Assembly (NCBI GenBank): GCA_002269645.1
Contig: NIVC01001143.1
Coordinates: forward strand, 256,012-320,011
Direction: 5' to 3'
DNA from: Macrostomum lignano
Taxonomy: Eukaryota
DNA length: 64,000 nucleotides
The position numbers were made by a program, and so were the translations under genes. The notes beneath the pieces were generated by a model. The model ran no database searches. It was not told where the DNA came from and was given only the letters and a program-made list of their open reading frames with translations. This document shows, one piece after another, positions 47,759 through 59,355 of the stretch; position 1 is the stretch's first letter; every line of letters begins with the position of its first letter.

Positions 47759-49744
47759 ATGCCGCAGAATCTCGTCCTCATCATCTGCGCCTGCGTCGCT
47801 GCCGCCGCCGCCGCCGCAGCTGGCAGCGACGCCTCCTCGGACATCGCCGAGGCCTCCAGTCTCCTTGGCAACAGCAGCGAGCCGCCCTGCTACCCGGAGG
47901 CCGCCGCCTGCCGCCTCTACGGCGACTGCTGCCACGCTGTGGCCAACCGCAGCGGCGTCGCCCTCCGGCAGCTCGAATGCGCCCCGGCCAGCAGCCTCGG
48001 CGTGCTGTTCAACGACGGAGCCGGCGAGGACGGCGCCTTCGTCAGCCTGGTGCAGAGCTGCCCGCCCAGCGCTCCGCCCGGCGACCCGGATGTCCGGCTC
48101 TGCTACAGCCAGCAGGCCGAGCCGCGCAGCCTCTTCGACCCGCGCCACCTACCGGCGATGTCGCCTGACGGCCTGCTGTTCCGCAGCGCCCACTGCGCTC
48201 GCTGCAACGGCCGGCGCCGGCTGCTGTGGCCGCAGGTGTCTGTCCTGTGCGCTCCGGGCAGCCCGAAGACCGCCGCCAACCTCAGCAAGGAGCAGATCGA
48301 GCAGTTCCTGCGCCAGGAGCTCGCCAGCGGGCGGGACCTGCCGCCTGGCTGCCTGGTGGCCACCCGCTTCCCCGGCCGGCCGCTGCACCGCTGCTACGGC
48401 CCCGGCCTCGTCCAGCACTGCGTCAATTTGTCGGCCACCACCGAGCAGCGCCAGCTATGCGAGGACGGCGGCCTGGTGGCCATGAACTACTCCGCCTGCG
48501 GCGGCGTGTTCCGCAACCAGGCCTGTCGGGACTGCTTCGGCGTCTGCCCGGAGTTCGGCTTCGGCGCCTTCGGCAGCTTCGGCTTCGGCGGCGGCCGAGG
48601 CGGCGGCGTGCTCAGCAACGTGGTGAACTTCTGGATCCCGCTGCGAGAGCCGGTGTCCAGCGGCGACGTCCAGACGTTCGACACGCAGTGGGTGGCGGAC
48701 GGCTCCTTCAAGGGGAATGTCAGCGACAACGCGACTTCCGCTGCGACGACTGGCGGAGCCGCCACCGATGCGGCCGCCGACGAGGAATCCGGCTGGGTGC
48801 AGCGGCTCGTGCTGGTCGTCTCCTACGCCGTGTCCATCGCCTCCCTGACGCTGCTGCTCGCCGTGTACGCCTTGCTGCCGCACCTGCGCAACCGGGCCGG
48901 CCAGCTGCTGATGTCGCACGCAGCCTCCGTCCTGGCGTTGCAGGCGGCCCAGCTGCTCAGCCTGTGCGCCGGCCAGCAGCTCGGCGGCGGCTGCATCGCG
49001 CTGCACTTCTTCTTTTACTTCTGCATGGCGGCCGCCTTCGTGTGGGCCTTCCTGTTCGGCTGGGACCTCCTGCGCACCTTCGCCTCCCTGCTGCGCAACT
49101 CCGCCTTCAAGCCGAGCCGCTACGGCCGCTTCGCCCTGGTGGGCTGGGGGCTGCCGCTGCTGCTCACCGGCCTGCTGCTCGGCCTCCACCTCGGCATCGG
49201 CCTGCTGGACTCCGGCTGCCGCTACCGCCCCGACCGCGTGGCCTTCATGCTGGGTCTCAGCTTCGGGCCGCTGCTGGCCGCCCTGCTGTTCAACCTGGCC
49301 ATCGTGCTGCTGCTCGGCCTGCAGCTGCTGCGCACCTACCGGGAGACTCGCTCGGCCGGCCGCAGCTCCGCCGCCAAGCTGTGCGCCATGACCGCCAAGG
49401 TGTCCGTGATCATGGGCGCCGCCTGGCTGCCGTACTTCCTGGCCACTCTGCTGGACCGCGGCCGCAACCCCGGCACCGTCGGGTTCGCCTCAGAGCTGCT
49501 GTGCAGCCTGCACGGCCTCCTGCTGGCCGTCGGCTTCACCGGCAACCGCCGCGTCCGGGCCCGGCTGTCTGAGATCACCTCCTCGGCGCTGAAGTCCTCC
49601 AGCGGCAGCGGCGGCGCCAAGGGCTCCGAGGCCTCGCGGATGACGCTGGCGCGGCGGTCGCAGGACGCGGGCCGCGGCGTCCAGGTGCAGCGGCTGCTCG
49701 CGGACAAGCCGCAGCCCGGGCAGCTCAACGAGTCTCCGGCTTGA
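47759..49744 (+). CDS. Intronless class B (secretin/adhesion superfamily, Methuselah-like) GPCR, 661 aa
   Basis: ATG 47759 followed by a signal-like LVLIICACVAAA; Cys-rich ectodomain (CRLYGDCC, FRSAHCARCNG, FRNQACRDC); seven hydrophobic segments with class B motifs LRNRAG (ICL1), C at the top of TM3, GWGLP (TM4), VIMGAAW, LHG (TM7). Confidence 0.9.
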   Translation: MPQNLVLIICACVAAAAAAAAGSDASSDIAEASSLLGNSSEPPCYPEAAACRLYGDCCHAVANRSGVALRQLECAPASSLGVLFNDGAGEDGAFVSLVQSCPPSAPPGDPDVRLCYSQQAEPRSLFDPRHLPAMSPDGLLFRSAHCARCNGRRRLLWPQVSVLCAPGSPKTAANLSKEQIEQFLRQELASGRDLPPGCLVATRFPGRPLHRCYGPGLVQHCVNLSATTEQRQLCEDGGLVAMNYSACGGVFRNQACRDCFGVCPEFGFGAFGSFGFGGGRGGGVLSNVVNFWIPLREPVSSGDVQTFDTQWVADGSFKGNVSDNATSAATTGGAATDAAADEESGWVQRLVLVVSYAVSIASLTLLLAVYALLPHLRNRAGQLLMSHAASVLALQAAQLLSLCAGQQLGGGCIALHFFFYFCMAAAFVWAFLFGWDLLRTFASLLRNSAFKPSRYGRFALVGWGLPLLLTGLLLGLHLGIGLLDSGCRYRPDRVAFMLGLSFGPLLAALLFNLAIVLLLGLQLLRTYRETRSAGRSSAAKLCAMTAKVSVIMGAAWLPYFLATLLDRGRNPGTVGFASELLCSLHGLLLAVGFTGNRRVRARLSEITSSALKSSSGSGGAKGSEASRMTLARRSQDAGRGVQVQRLLADKPQPGQLNESPA

Positions 49745-51499
49745 AGCCCCTCTGCTGGCGGATGAGCAGATTAATTATTTCTGCTCAGAGGGGGGTTAGA
49801 ATTCTGACTGAATTCTGATCAACTTTTTCTGTTGTCTACGAGGCTGCTCGATCAGATGTTATTCGACAAGAAGATATGAATCTAAAATTGATTGTTGAGC
49901 TGCTCAAGTCATGAGCATAGACTCAATGAGCATCTGACAGAAACTAATCGTGGCGACCATCTTTCCTCTAGTAGCTGCTATACTGCAAAAACAAAGTTTT
50001 ACATAACCGATTTCAGTGGGACAGCTGACGCCCTTAATCTCCCCTGCAAGAATCCCTGTTGCAGTTCCTGTTGTAAACCCTTCTCTCAGTACCCGGGGCC
50101 GAGAGCAGTCTCTCTGCCCTTCTTTTTCCGTGGAACTGATTGTTGGGCGATTAGTAAATTCTCGCAACTGTTCATGTTTCCAACATTCATACTAACCAAT
50201 AAATAACAAATACTGCACCTATAACACATTCTACAGTGTACATCGCAGTTACTGTACATTTGTATTCGTTTAGCAGCAGTTTCCGATCCGCAACAAATCC
50301 TGCTTAATCGTTTAATTGTAAAATTCAAATAAAACCCTCTTAACCCTATCTTTTATCCGCCGAGATGCCAGTAGCTTGTAGTCAACAATATGCTTATTCT
50401 ACTACTTAGTTTCCCCCGGGCCGTTGTGAGTAGTGTAGAATGCGAATTTGTGTTGTTATTAAACGTGTAAAAAGAGACTATAAAAATTGCTTATTCAAAT
50501 TATAGCGCTCTACGAGTATAATTATTATTCATGGACAACTAAAGCCCAAAGTCACTGGCTCCTGCTGTCCATGCTATTAATATATAGTGCGCAGAAGATA
50601 CAAAAATTTATCAACTGGACTTCAACCCTCGCATTCTTCTCTATTGCTAAATAGCAAGACTGAATCGTTGACTTTTGAATTAAATTATCCTTTTTAAACC
50701 AAACCTCAACAGCCTACTCATCAGTAGACAATAGGCAAGATTGCATCTATTTTGACCACCTGAATGAACACAGAAGGAACTGAATCCGTGAGTTGCATTC
50801 TGCACAGATCTGGTGCTGCATGGCGGCTAACAGTGAGTGAAGCACAGCAAAGGCGTTAGTTTTGCAATGTATTTGACGAATTAATCAATCTTAATAAATT
50901 CAATGATTTGTGCGCGAATCTCCTGATCACAAATCCGACAAGCGGCAGCAGAGCAGTATAATATCAGTATAATATAATTCATTTATTGTTAAAGCAGAAC
51001 AGAACAGGTGTTAACAAGGTAAAATAGCAAATGTACGCTCGTACTATCGATTGATCTGTTTAATGTGCGTAAACAGTTTGAATACTCTGTGATAAATAGC
51101 AAGATTAAAAGATTACACAGCAAATAATATCAGCTGATGAAGCGGGATCCAGCAGCCTCTCTGAAGTTCCGAAATAGATAATTATAACGTAACATATGTG
51201 TAATAAAAAACAAAGCTAGGAAGCAGATAAAATTGGTTGCTAGGGCTAAGTTATTGCACTAAGATCTGCCATGTTAATCAGCTGGCATGCAGATTATAAT
51301 ATAGCAAAGTGTTAATTTTCATTGTATAGTACTGCATAAGCATAATAGTCAGTAGTATATGGCATGTGAGTCAGCCAGTTCGGATATACGATATAATCTA
51401 GATTAGCAAGCCTAAAAATTTATATGAAATAAATTTGAGCATGCAAGCCCCAAGCCAGCGATAAGTCCTGATGAAGCAAGGCTTGAGCCCAGCCTCCTC

Positions 51500-54400
51500 T
51501 TAGCGAGCCAGCTTGTGGATTTTGGCCAGCCGCTTGCGCAGTTCGGTTGGAAATTTCTCATAGCACGGCTTGCAGACCGGCTTCAGGTCGTACTCGTAGA
51601 ACTTCGTCCTGCGGCGGCGGGGGCGGTGAGTGCAAAACTGTACATTAGTGAGGGATGGCAGCTTCCTGCCGTGCAGCCAGTGTTTTGCATTTCTGGTCTG
51701 CTTCTTTTGCCTGCAGTTTAATTTCGCCTTGCTGCAGAAATATCAAAATAGCTGCGTGGCAGTATAGCCATAGCTGCCTGTAGTTGTGGGGTAGGCAGTG
51801 GGGTAGGCAGTGGGGGATCCAGGCCCAGGCCAAGAAGTGTCCCAGAGTCACTAGTGAGTAGTTTGCCATGTCTCTTTAGCGATTCTTGTCTCAGTAACTT
51901 TTTAACGGGATAATAATAACGATAATAATAATAATAATAATAATACTTAATTGATTACACCTGCCCTAGTGGGCAGATGTGCAACCGACAGCTCATCTGA
52001 AGGCTGCGTACGGCTGTTCAGTCCAAGGACTGGGAAGGGGAGTTTCAGCACACATCTCAATTACCCTCAATTACCCCGGTGAACTGAAGCAATGCCGAGT
52101 TAAGTGTCTTGCTCAAGGAATCGAACCCCCGACCTTCAAGTCGTGAGTCACGGGGGGGGGGGCACAAGCAGCATCCGCAGACCCAGCGCACTCACTTTTG
52201 ATTCATCTGCCTGTCGCAGACGGAGCACTGGAAGTGGGCGGAGCACCAGCTCTTGCAGCAGGCCTGGACGCACTCGTCGCTGATGGTGTCGTTGCAGACA
52301 AAGCAGGCCTGGCCGAACAGCTGCTGGAAGTGGGTCTCGCAGTAGGCCTGCAGCGCGGGATTTGGATTAGAGAGCGATTATCGATTAGGTTAAGGGAATT
52401 ATCACTTGGATTATCAGTCGGATTAGTGGCAATTCTCATTTGGATTAGGGGAGATTCTCAATCGGATTAGGGACAATTCTCATTTGGATTGGGGAAGATT
52501 CTCAGTCGGATTAGGGGGGCGATTCTCAGTCGGATTAGGGGGGCAATTCTCATTTGGATTAGGGGAGATTCTCAATCACATTAGGGGAGATTCTCAGTCG
52601 GATTAGGGGAGATTCTTAATCGGATTAGGAGCAATTCTCTGTTGGATTAGGGGAGATTCTCAGTAGGATTAGGGGGGCGATTCTCAGTAAGATTAGGGGA
52701 GATTTTTGAATCGGATTAGGGGAGAGTCTTAATCGGATTAGGGAAGATTTTCAATCGGATTAGGGAAGATTTTCAATCGGATTAGGGAAGATTTTCAATC
52801 GGATTAGGGAAGATTTTCAATCGGATTAGGGAAGATTTTCAATCGGATTAGGGAAGATTTTCAATCGGATTAGGGAAGATTTTCAATCGGATTAGGGAAG
52901 ATTTTCAATCGGATTAGGGAAGATTTTCAATCGGATTAGGGGAGATTTTCAATCCTCCCACCTGTCCGCGCCGCTCAAAGAAGCGGGTGCCGTTGAACGG
53001 CTTCTCGCAGACGGCGCACACGAAGTGCTCCACGTGCCAGGCCTTGTTGATGGCGTGCACCACGCGCTCCTCAATCGGCCGGCGGCAGCGGGCGCAGACG
53101 GGGACGCCCAGCTTGTCGAAGCAGCGGATGCAGTACAGCTGGTCGTCCTTCTCGCGGGCTTCAGCGGTGAGCTCGGCGCGGCAGCCGGTGCAGTTGAAGT
53201 GGTAGGGGTGGTAGTTGTCGCCCTTGAAGCGGAGCACCTGGTCGGCCTCGATGATGTCGTGGCAGCGGTTGCAGAGGAAGCGGGCGGCGCCCCGGACCCG
53301 CTCCTTGGCGTTGCAGTCCTTGCACAGGGCGCGGCCGAGGTTCTTCACGAATGCGTCGGTGAGGGCCAGGCCGCACAGCTGGCAGGTGAAGCAGTCCGGG
53401 TGCCAGGAGGACTGCATGGCGCGGATCACCCGGCCGACGATGAACTCGCCTGATAAGGGAGGCGAAACAGATGGATCCAGATTCCTGATGTACAGATCTA
53501 GATGAATGCTGTACAGATCTAGATGAATGCTGTACAGATCTAGATGAATGCTGTACAGACCTAGATGAATGCTGTACAGATCTAGATGAATGCTGTACAG
53601 ATCTAGATGAATTCTGTATAGATCTAGATGAATACTGTACAGATCTAGATGAATGCTGTACAGATCTAGATGAATGCTGTACAGATCTAGATGAATGCTG
53701 TAGAGATCTAGATGAATTCTGTATAGATCTAGATGAATGCTGTACAGATCTAGATGAATGCTGTACAGATCTAGATGAATTCTGTATAGATCTAGATGAA
53801 TGCTGTATAGATCTAGATGAATGCTGTACAGATCTAGATGACTGATGTATATAGATCTAGATGACTGATGTATAGATATAGATGTCTGCTGTATAGATCT
53901 AGAGGCCTGAGATATAGATATAGAAAATCTGACAAGCAACTTACACACCCGCCAAAGCAACTTACACACCCACCAAAGCAACTTACACACCCACCAAAGC
54001 AACTTACACACCCACCAAAGCAACTTACACACCCACCAAAGCAACTTACACACCCACCAAAGCAACTTACACACCCACCAAAGCAACTTACACACCCACC
54101 AAAGCAACCTACACACCCTAGGTTGCAACCTACACACCCTAGGTTGCAACCTACACACCCGCCAAAGCAACCTACACACCCGCCAAAGTAACTTACACAC
54201 CCGCCAAAGCAACCTACACACCCGCCAAAGCAACTTACACACCAACCAAAGCAACCTACACACCCGCCAAAGCAACCTACACACCCACCAAAGCAACCAA
54301 CACACCCGCCAAAGCAACCTACACACCCTAGGTTGCAACCTACACACCCGCCAAAGCAACCTACACACCCTAGGTTGCAACCTACACACCCGCCAAAGCA

Positions 54401-57400
54401 ACCTACACACCCGCCAAAGCAACCTACACACCCGCCAAAGCAACCTACACACCCGCCAAAGCAACCTACACACCCGCCAAAGCAACCTACACACCCTAGG
54501 TTGCAACCTACACACCCGCCAAAGCAACCTACACACCCGCCAAAGCAACCTACACACCCTAGGTTGCAACCTACACACCCTAGGTTGCAACCTACACACC
54601 CGCCAAATCAACCTACACACCCTAGGTTGCAACCTACACACCCACCAAAGCAACCTACACACCCGCCAAAGCAACCTACACACCCTAGGTTGCAACCTAC
54701 AAACCCGCCAAAGCAACCTACACACCCTAGGTTGCAACCTACACACCCTAGGTTGCAACCTACAAACCCGCCAAAGCAACCTACACACCCTAGGTTGCAA
54801 CCTACACACCCTAGGTTGCAACCTACACACCCTAGGTTGCAACCTACACACCCTAGGTTGCAACCTACACACCCTAGGTTGCAATCTACACACCCGCCAA
54901 AGCAACCTACACACCCTAGGTTGCAACCTACACACCCGCCAAAGCAACCTACACACCCGCCAAAGCAACCTACACACCCGCCAAAGCAACCTACACACCC
55001 ACCAAAGCAACCTACACACCCGCCAAAGCAACCTACACACCCGCCAAAGCAACCTACACACCCGCCAAAGCAACCTACACACCCTAGGTTGCAACCTACA
55101 CACCCGCCAAAGCAACCTACACACCCGCCAAAGCAACCTACACACCCGCCAAAGCAACCTACACACCCGCCAAAGCAACCTACACACCCACCAAAGCAAC
55201 CTACACACCCACCAAAGCAACCTACACACCCGCCAAAGCAACCTACACACCCACCAAAGCAACCTACACACCCGCCAAAGCAACCTACACACCCACCAAA
55301 GCAACCTACACACCCACCAAAGCAACCTACACACCCACCAAAGCAACTTACACACCCGCCAAAGCAACCTACACACCCTAGGTTGCAACCTACACACCCG
55401 CCAAAGCAACCTACACACCCGCCAAAGCAACCTACACACCCGCCAAAGCAACCTACACACCCTAGGTTGCAACCTACACACCCGCCAAAGCAACCTACAC
55501 ACCCTAGGTTGCAACCTACACACCCACCAAAGCAACTTACACACCCGCCAAAGCAACTTACACACCCGCCAAAGCAACCTACACACCCGCCAAAGCAACC
55601 TACACACTCGCCAAAGCAACCTACACACCCTAGGTTGCAACCTACACACCCACCAAAGCAACCTACACACCCGCCAAAGCAACTTACACACCCGCCAAAG
55701 CAACCTACACACCCTAGGTTGCAACCTACACACCCGCCAAAGCAACCTACACACCCGCCAAAGCAACCTACACACCCGCCAAAGCAACCTACACACCCTA
55801 GGTTGCAACCTACACACCCACCAAAGCAATCTGCACACCCACCAAAGCAACCTACACACCCACCAAAGCAACCTACACACCCGCCAAAGCAACCTACACA
55901 CCCACCAAAGCAACCTACACACCCGCCAAAGCAACCTACACACCCGCCAAAGAAACCTACACACCCACCAAAGCAACCTACACACCCACCAAAGCAACCT
56001 ACACACCCGCCAAAGCAACTTACACACCCGCCAAAGCAACCTACACACCCTAGGTTGCAACCTACACACCCGCCAAAGCAACCTACACACCCGCCAAAGC
56101 AACCTACACACCCTAGGTTGCAACCTACACACCCACCAAAGCAATCTGCACACCCACCAAAGCAACCTACACACCCGCCAAAGCAACCTACACACCCGCC
56201 AAAGCAACCTACACACCCACCAAAGCAATCTACACACCCACCAAAGCAACCTACACACCCACCAAAGCAACCTACACACCCGCCAAAGCAACCTACACAC
56301 CCACCAAAGCAACCTACACACCCTAGGTTGCAACCTACACACCCTAGGTTGCAACCTACACACCCGCCAAAGCAACCTACACACCCGCCAAAGCAACCTA
56401 CACACCCACCAAAGCAACCTACACACCCACCAAAGCAACCTACACACCCGCCAAAGCAACCTACACACCCACCAAAGCAACCTACACACCCGCCAAAGCA
56501 ACCTACACACCCACCAAAGCAACCTACACACCCTAGGTTGCAACCTACACACCCACCAAAGCAACCTACACACCCTAGGTTGCAACCTACACACCCACCA
56601 AAGCAACCTACACACCCTAGGTTGCAACCTACACACCCACCAAAGCAACCTACACACCAACTTGCAGCGCAGACTCACCGCACTTGGCGCAGCAGGGCTT
56701 GAACAGCACACTGAAGTCGTGCTCGCAGTACTTCCTGCCGTCGAACTGAAAAGCAGCAAAATGCAAGCAGGCTGCACGCAGAACTTCGGAGAGCACAACA
56801 TCACAGCAGCAACAGCTCTTACCTCGTAGAATCGGCCGCCCTCAAACGGCCGGAAACACTGGGCGCACCTGGAAATGCGGCATGCCAGTTAAGCATTGAT
56901 GGTAAATTGATGACGGCAGGCCAGAGCCAGTGTGATGAATAGATAGAACAATATAAACAAAAATAAAAAGATGGGACAACACAGAGGCTGAGCATTCAAT
57001 CGCTGGTACATTTTATTATGCCATTTAAATAACCAATCAAGTGTGCTGGCCGACAGAACTGGACAAGGTAAGCAGTCAGCAAACAACAAATAAGCAATAT
57101 AAATTTAAATAAAGTATACAGGCCGCTCCAGTGGATTGGCAGCGCAGACAGACGGACTCTGCATGACAGCAGCGCCAAGCCATACTGTGTGCCATGGCGA
57201 GTGTGCATGGGGCGATGGGGCTCACCGGCCTGGATGTCACTTTGTTACTCATTAGTACTCTTGCTAATCACCTCAATCCATCTATCGATTTCTATAAGAT
57301 ATTTAAAATCAGTCCCGTTGAGATCCCTAGAATGAATCCCATTAAGATCCCTAGAATGAATCCCATTAAGATCCCTAGAATGAGTCCCATTAAGATCCCT

Positions 57401-59310
57401 AGAATGAATCCCATTAAGATCCCTAGAATGAATCCCATTAAGATCCCTAGAATGAATCCCATTAAGATCCCTAGAATGAATCCCATTAAGATCCCTAGAA
57501 TGAATCCCATTAAGATCCCTAGAATGAGTCCCATTAAGATCCCTAGAATGAATCCCATTAAGATCCCTAGAATGAATCCCATTAAGATCCCTAGAATGAA
57601 TCCCATTAAGATCCCTAGAATGAATCCCATTAAGATCCCTAGAATGAGTCCCATTAAAGTCCCTAGAATGAATCCCATTAAGATCCCTAGAATGAGTCCC
57701 ATTAAAGTACCTAGAATGAATCCCATTAAGATCCCTAGAATGAGTCCCGTTGAGATCCCTAGAATGAGTCCCGTTGAGATCCCTAGAATGAATCCCATTA
57801 AGGTCCCTAGAATGAATCCCATTAAGATCCCTAAAATGCCTTAAAATGCCTCAAGTAATCGCAATCCCGAGAGAAGCAGTGAGATCAGTTACAGCACTAG
57901 ATAATTTGTCTTGAGCCCCACAAATAAGTCAAAGTGCAGCTTCCTCAACCAGCGCAATCATTATTGAATCCACTAAAAGTGCAAATCCCAATAAACCAAA
58001 TCAGTGAAATGTACTTTTACAATAAAATAATTGGAAAGTACACGACAACATATCAAGACCACTCGCTAGGCTGTATAATCGCAGTTGACAACATGAGAAG
58101 TCGAGTAAAGCTGAGAAGCGCCCCCTGTTCGACAGGAGGAGGACTTACACAAAGCAGTGCTGGTGCCAGAAGCGGCCCTCATAGGCCAGCACCCCGCTAA
58201 CCAGGCTGCCCTCGCAGTGGGCGCAGCTGCGAGCGCGGGCAGCGCCGTCGCCGCTAAAGGCGGGCGTTATCGAGCAGTGTGATTTTGTTTAAAACAATTG
58301 CATTTTTAGTTGCTATGGCATAACTCGAGCGGATAATTACTAGACAGAAGTGAATTAAAGTGGTCAACAAATAAGTTAACAATCTGCAAATAAGCTGCGT
58401 GTGCACAGCTGCACACCCCAGTAGTTCATAGCCTGAGATTTTTATGACCAAAAAATTATTATTTTATTAGTCAGAAAAACTGGATCAAAACTGAGCACCT
58501 GGGAGGGCGGTGACTGCAAACCGAGCATCTGGGAGGGCGGTGACTGCAAACTGAGCATCTGGGAGGGCGGTGACTGCAAACCGAGCATCTGGGAGGGCGG
58601 CGACTGCAAACTGAGGATCTGGGAGGGCGACGACTGCAAACTGAGCATCTGGGAGGGCGACGACTGCAAACTGAGGATCTGGGAGGGCGGCGACTGCAAA
58701 CTGAGCATCTGGGAGGGCGGCGGCGACTGCAAACTGAGGATCTGGGAGGGCGGCGGCGACTGCAAACTGAGGATCTGGGAGGGCGGCGGCGACTGCAAAC
58801 TGAGGATCTGGAAGGGCGGCGACTGCAAACTGAGGATCTGGGAGGGTGACTGCATTAAACTGAGGCATGAATTCCCCAGATCTGATGACAGAACAAAATC
58901 GGTCAAGCGCAAGCAGGCAGCCGTGCGGACTCACACAAAGCAGTGCTCATGCCAGGCCTCGCCGCCGGCCCGGAACACCCGATCGGCGCGGCCGAACGTC
59001 TCGCCGCAGCGCTGGCAGGCCGAGGACTCGCCGACACAGACGTTGGCCGAGCCGGCCGGGCCGCTCAGCTGCATGCGGCTGTCAAAGGAGAAAAAAAAAA
59101 GAGGGTGCAAATTTCTGCTTCTAAAAGATAAGAAACACAATTCGAGCCAGGAGTCACAACAGTTGATTTCCAAGCTCACTCGAATCCGCCCTGCACCATG
59201 TCCAGCTCAGTCTGGTAGTGGTCAAGGCTGTTATTGCTGCCGTCCAGGTGCCTCCCAGCGGCGCCATCAAAATTGACAGGCAGGTGTCCGGAATTGTAAG
59301 TGGCAGCCAT
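51500..59310 (-). CDS. LIMS1/PINCH-like: PINCH / LIMS five-LIM-domain adaptor (UNC-97 type), 378 aa with exon A or 365 aa with exon B
   Basis: Exons (minus): 59310-59180, [A 59078-58935 or B 58253-58149], 56868-56823, 56745-56679, 53449-52962, 52347-52196, 51608-51500; all phases fit. Matches LIMS motifs [73 protein letters not shown]. An upstream exon may exist. Confidence 0.95.
51907..52152 (-). mobile_element. Second copy of the CORE-type SINE, 5'-truncated and internally deleted, in the last PINCH intron
   Basis: Reverse complement shares gactcacgacttgaaggt..ggttcgatt, tccttgagcaagacactt, gcattgcttcagttcacc, cggttgcacatctg and an (att)n tail with the 35565 copy. Confidence 0.85.
52372..52954. 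repeat. 22-bp minisatellite (gattagggaagattttcaatcg)n filling a PINCH intron
   Basis: Perfect next to the donor at 52961 and degenerate toward the acceptor. Confidence 0.95.
53488..53905. repeat. 21-bp minisatellite (gtacagatctagatgaatgct)n
   Basis: Direct. Confidence 0.94.
53935..56660. repeat. 21-bp minisatellite, ~130 copies, two main variants (gcaacctacacacccRccaaa / gcaacctacacaccctaggtt)
   Basis: Direct; starts ~15 nt after the donor at 56678. Confidence 0.97.
57308..57838. repeat. 24-bp minisatellite (gatccctagaatgaatcccattaa)n
   Basis: Direct. Confidence 0.95.
58149..58253 (-). CDS. Alternative PINCH exon B encoding a second version of the N-terminal half of LIM1
   Basis: CCTTTAG acceptor and GTAAGT donor; 105 nt, phase 2-2; [35 protein letters not shown]. 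Confidence 0.8.
58497..58866. repeat. 30/33-bp minisatellite (tgcaaactgaggatctgggagggcggcgac)n between the two alternative PINCH exons
   Basis: Direct. Confidence 0.93.
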
Positions 59311-59355
59311 TGCCTGCAACAGAACAGCATTTCAAATCTATTAACATTCAAAATA

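Noticed and set aside
47657-49728. Long alternative-frame and antisense ORFs over the GPCR (448 aa, 244 aa), and similar ones over MCM5 and the orphan genes
   Set aside because: Shadow ORFs expected from very high GC3.
52914-56804. 1296-aa minus-strand ORF (VCRLLWW repeats fused to LIM domains) and the 789-aa QPTHPPK ORF on the plus strand
   Set aside because: Translations of 21-bp intronic arrays. The true upstream exon (56745-56679) is in another frame, and the intron (3229 nt) is not a multiple of 3.
57120-57230. Possible third PINCH LIM1 exon (ESVCLRCQ, CxxC-like)
   Set aside because: No WHxxCF motif and no phase-2 donor; may be a remnant but unsupported.
31340-58900. Hammerhead ribozyme cores (CTGATGA at ~31350, ~51134, ~51466, ~58881)
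   Set aside because: None is followed by stem II and GAAA.
51500-59310. Functional clustering of PINCH and SHIP as an adhesion-signalling module
   Set aside because: They are ~35 kb apart with unrelated genes between them; adjacency alone gives no evidence of co-regulation.
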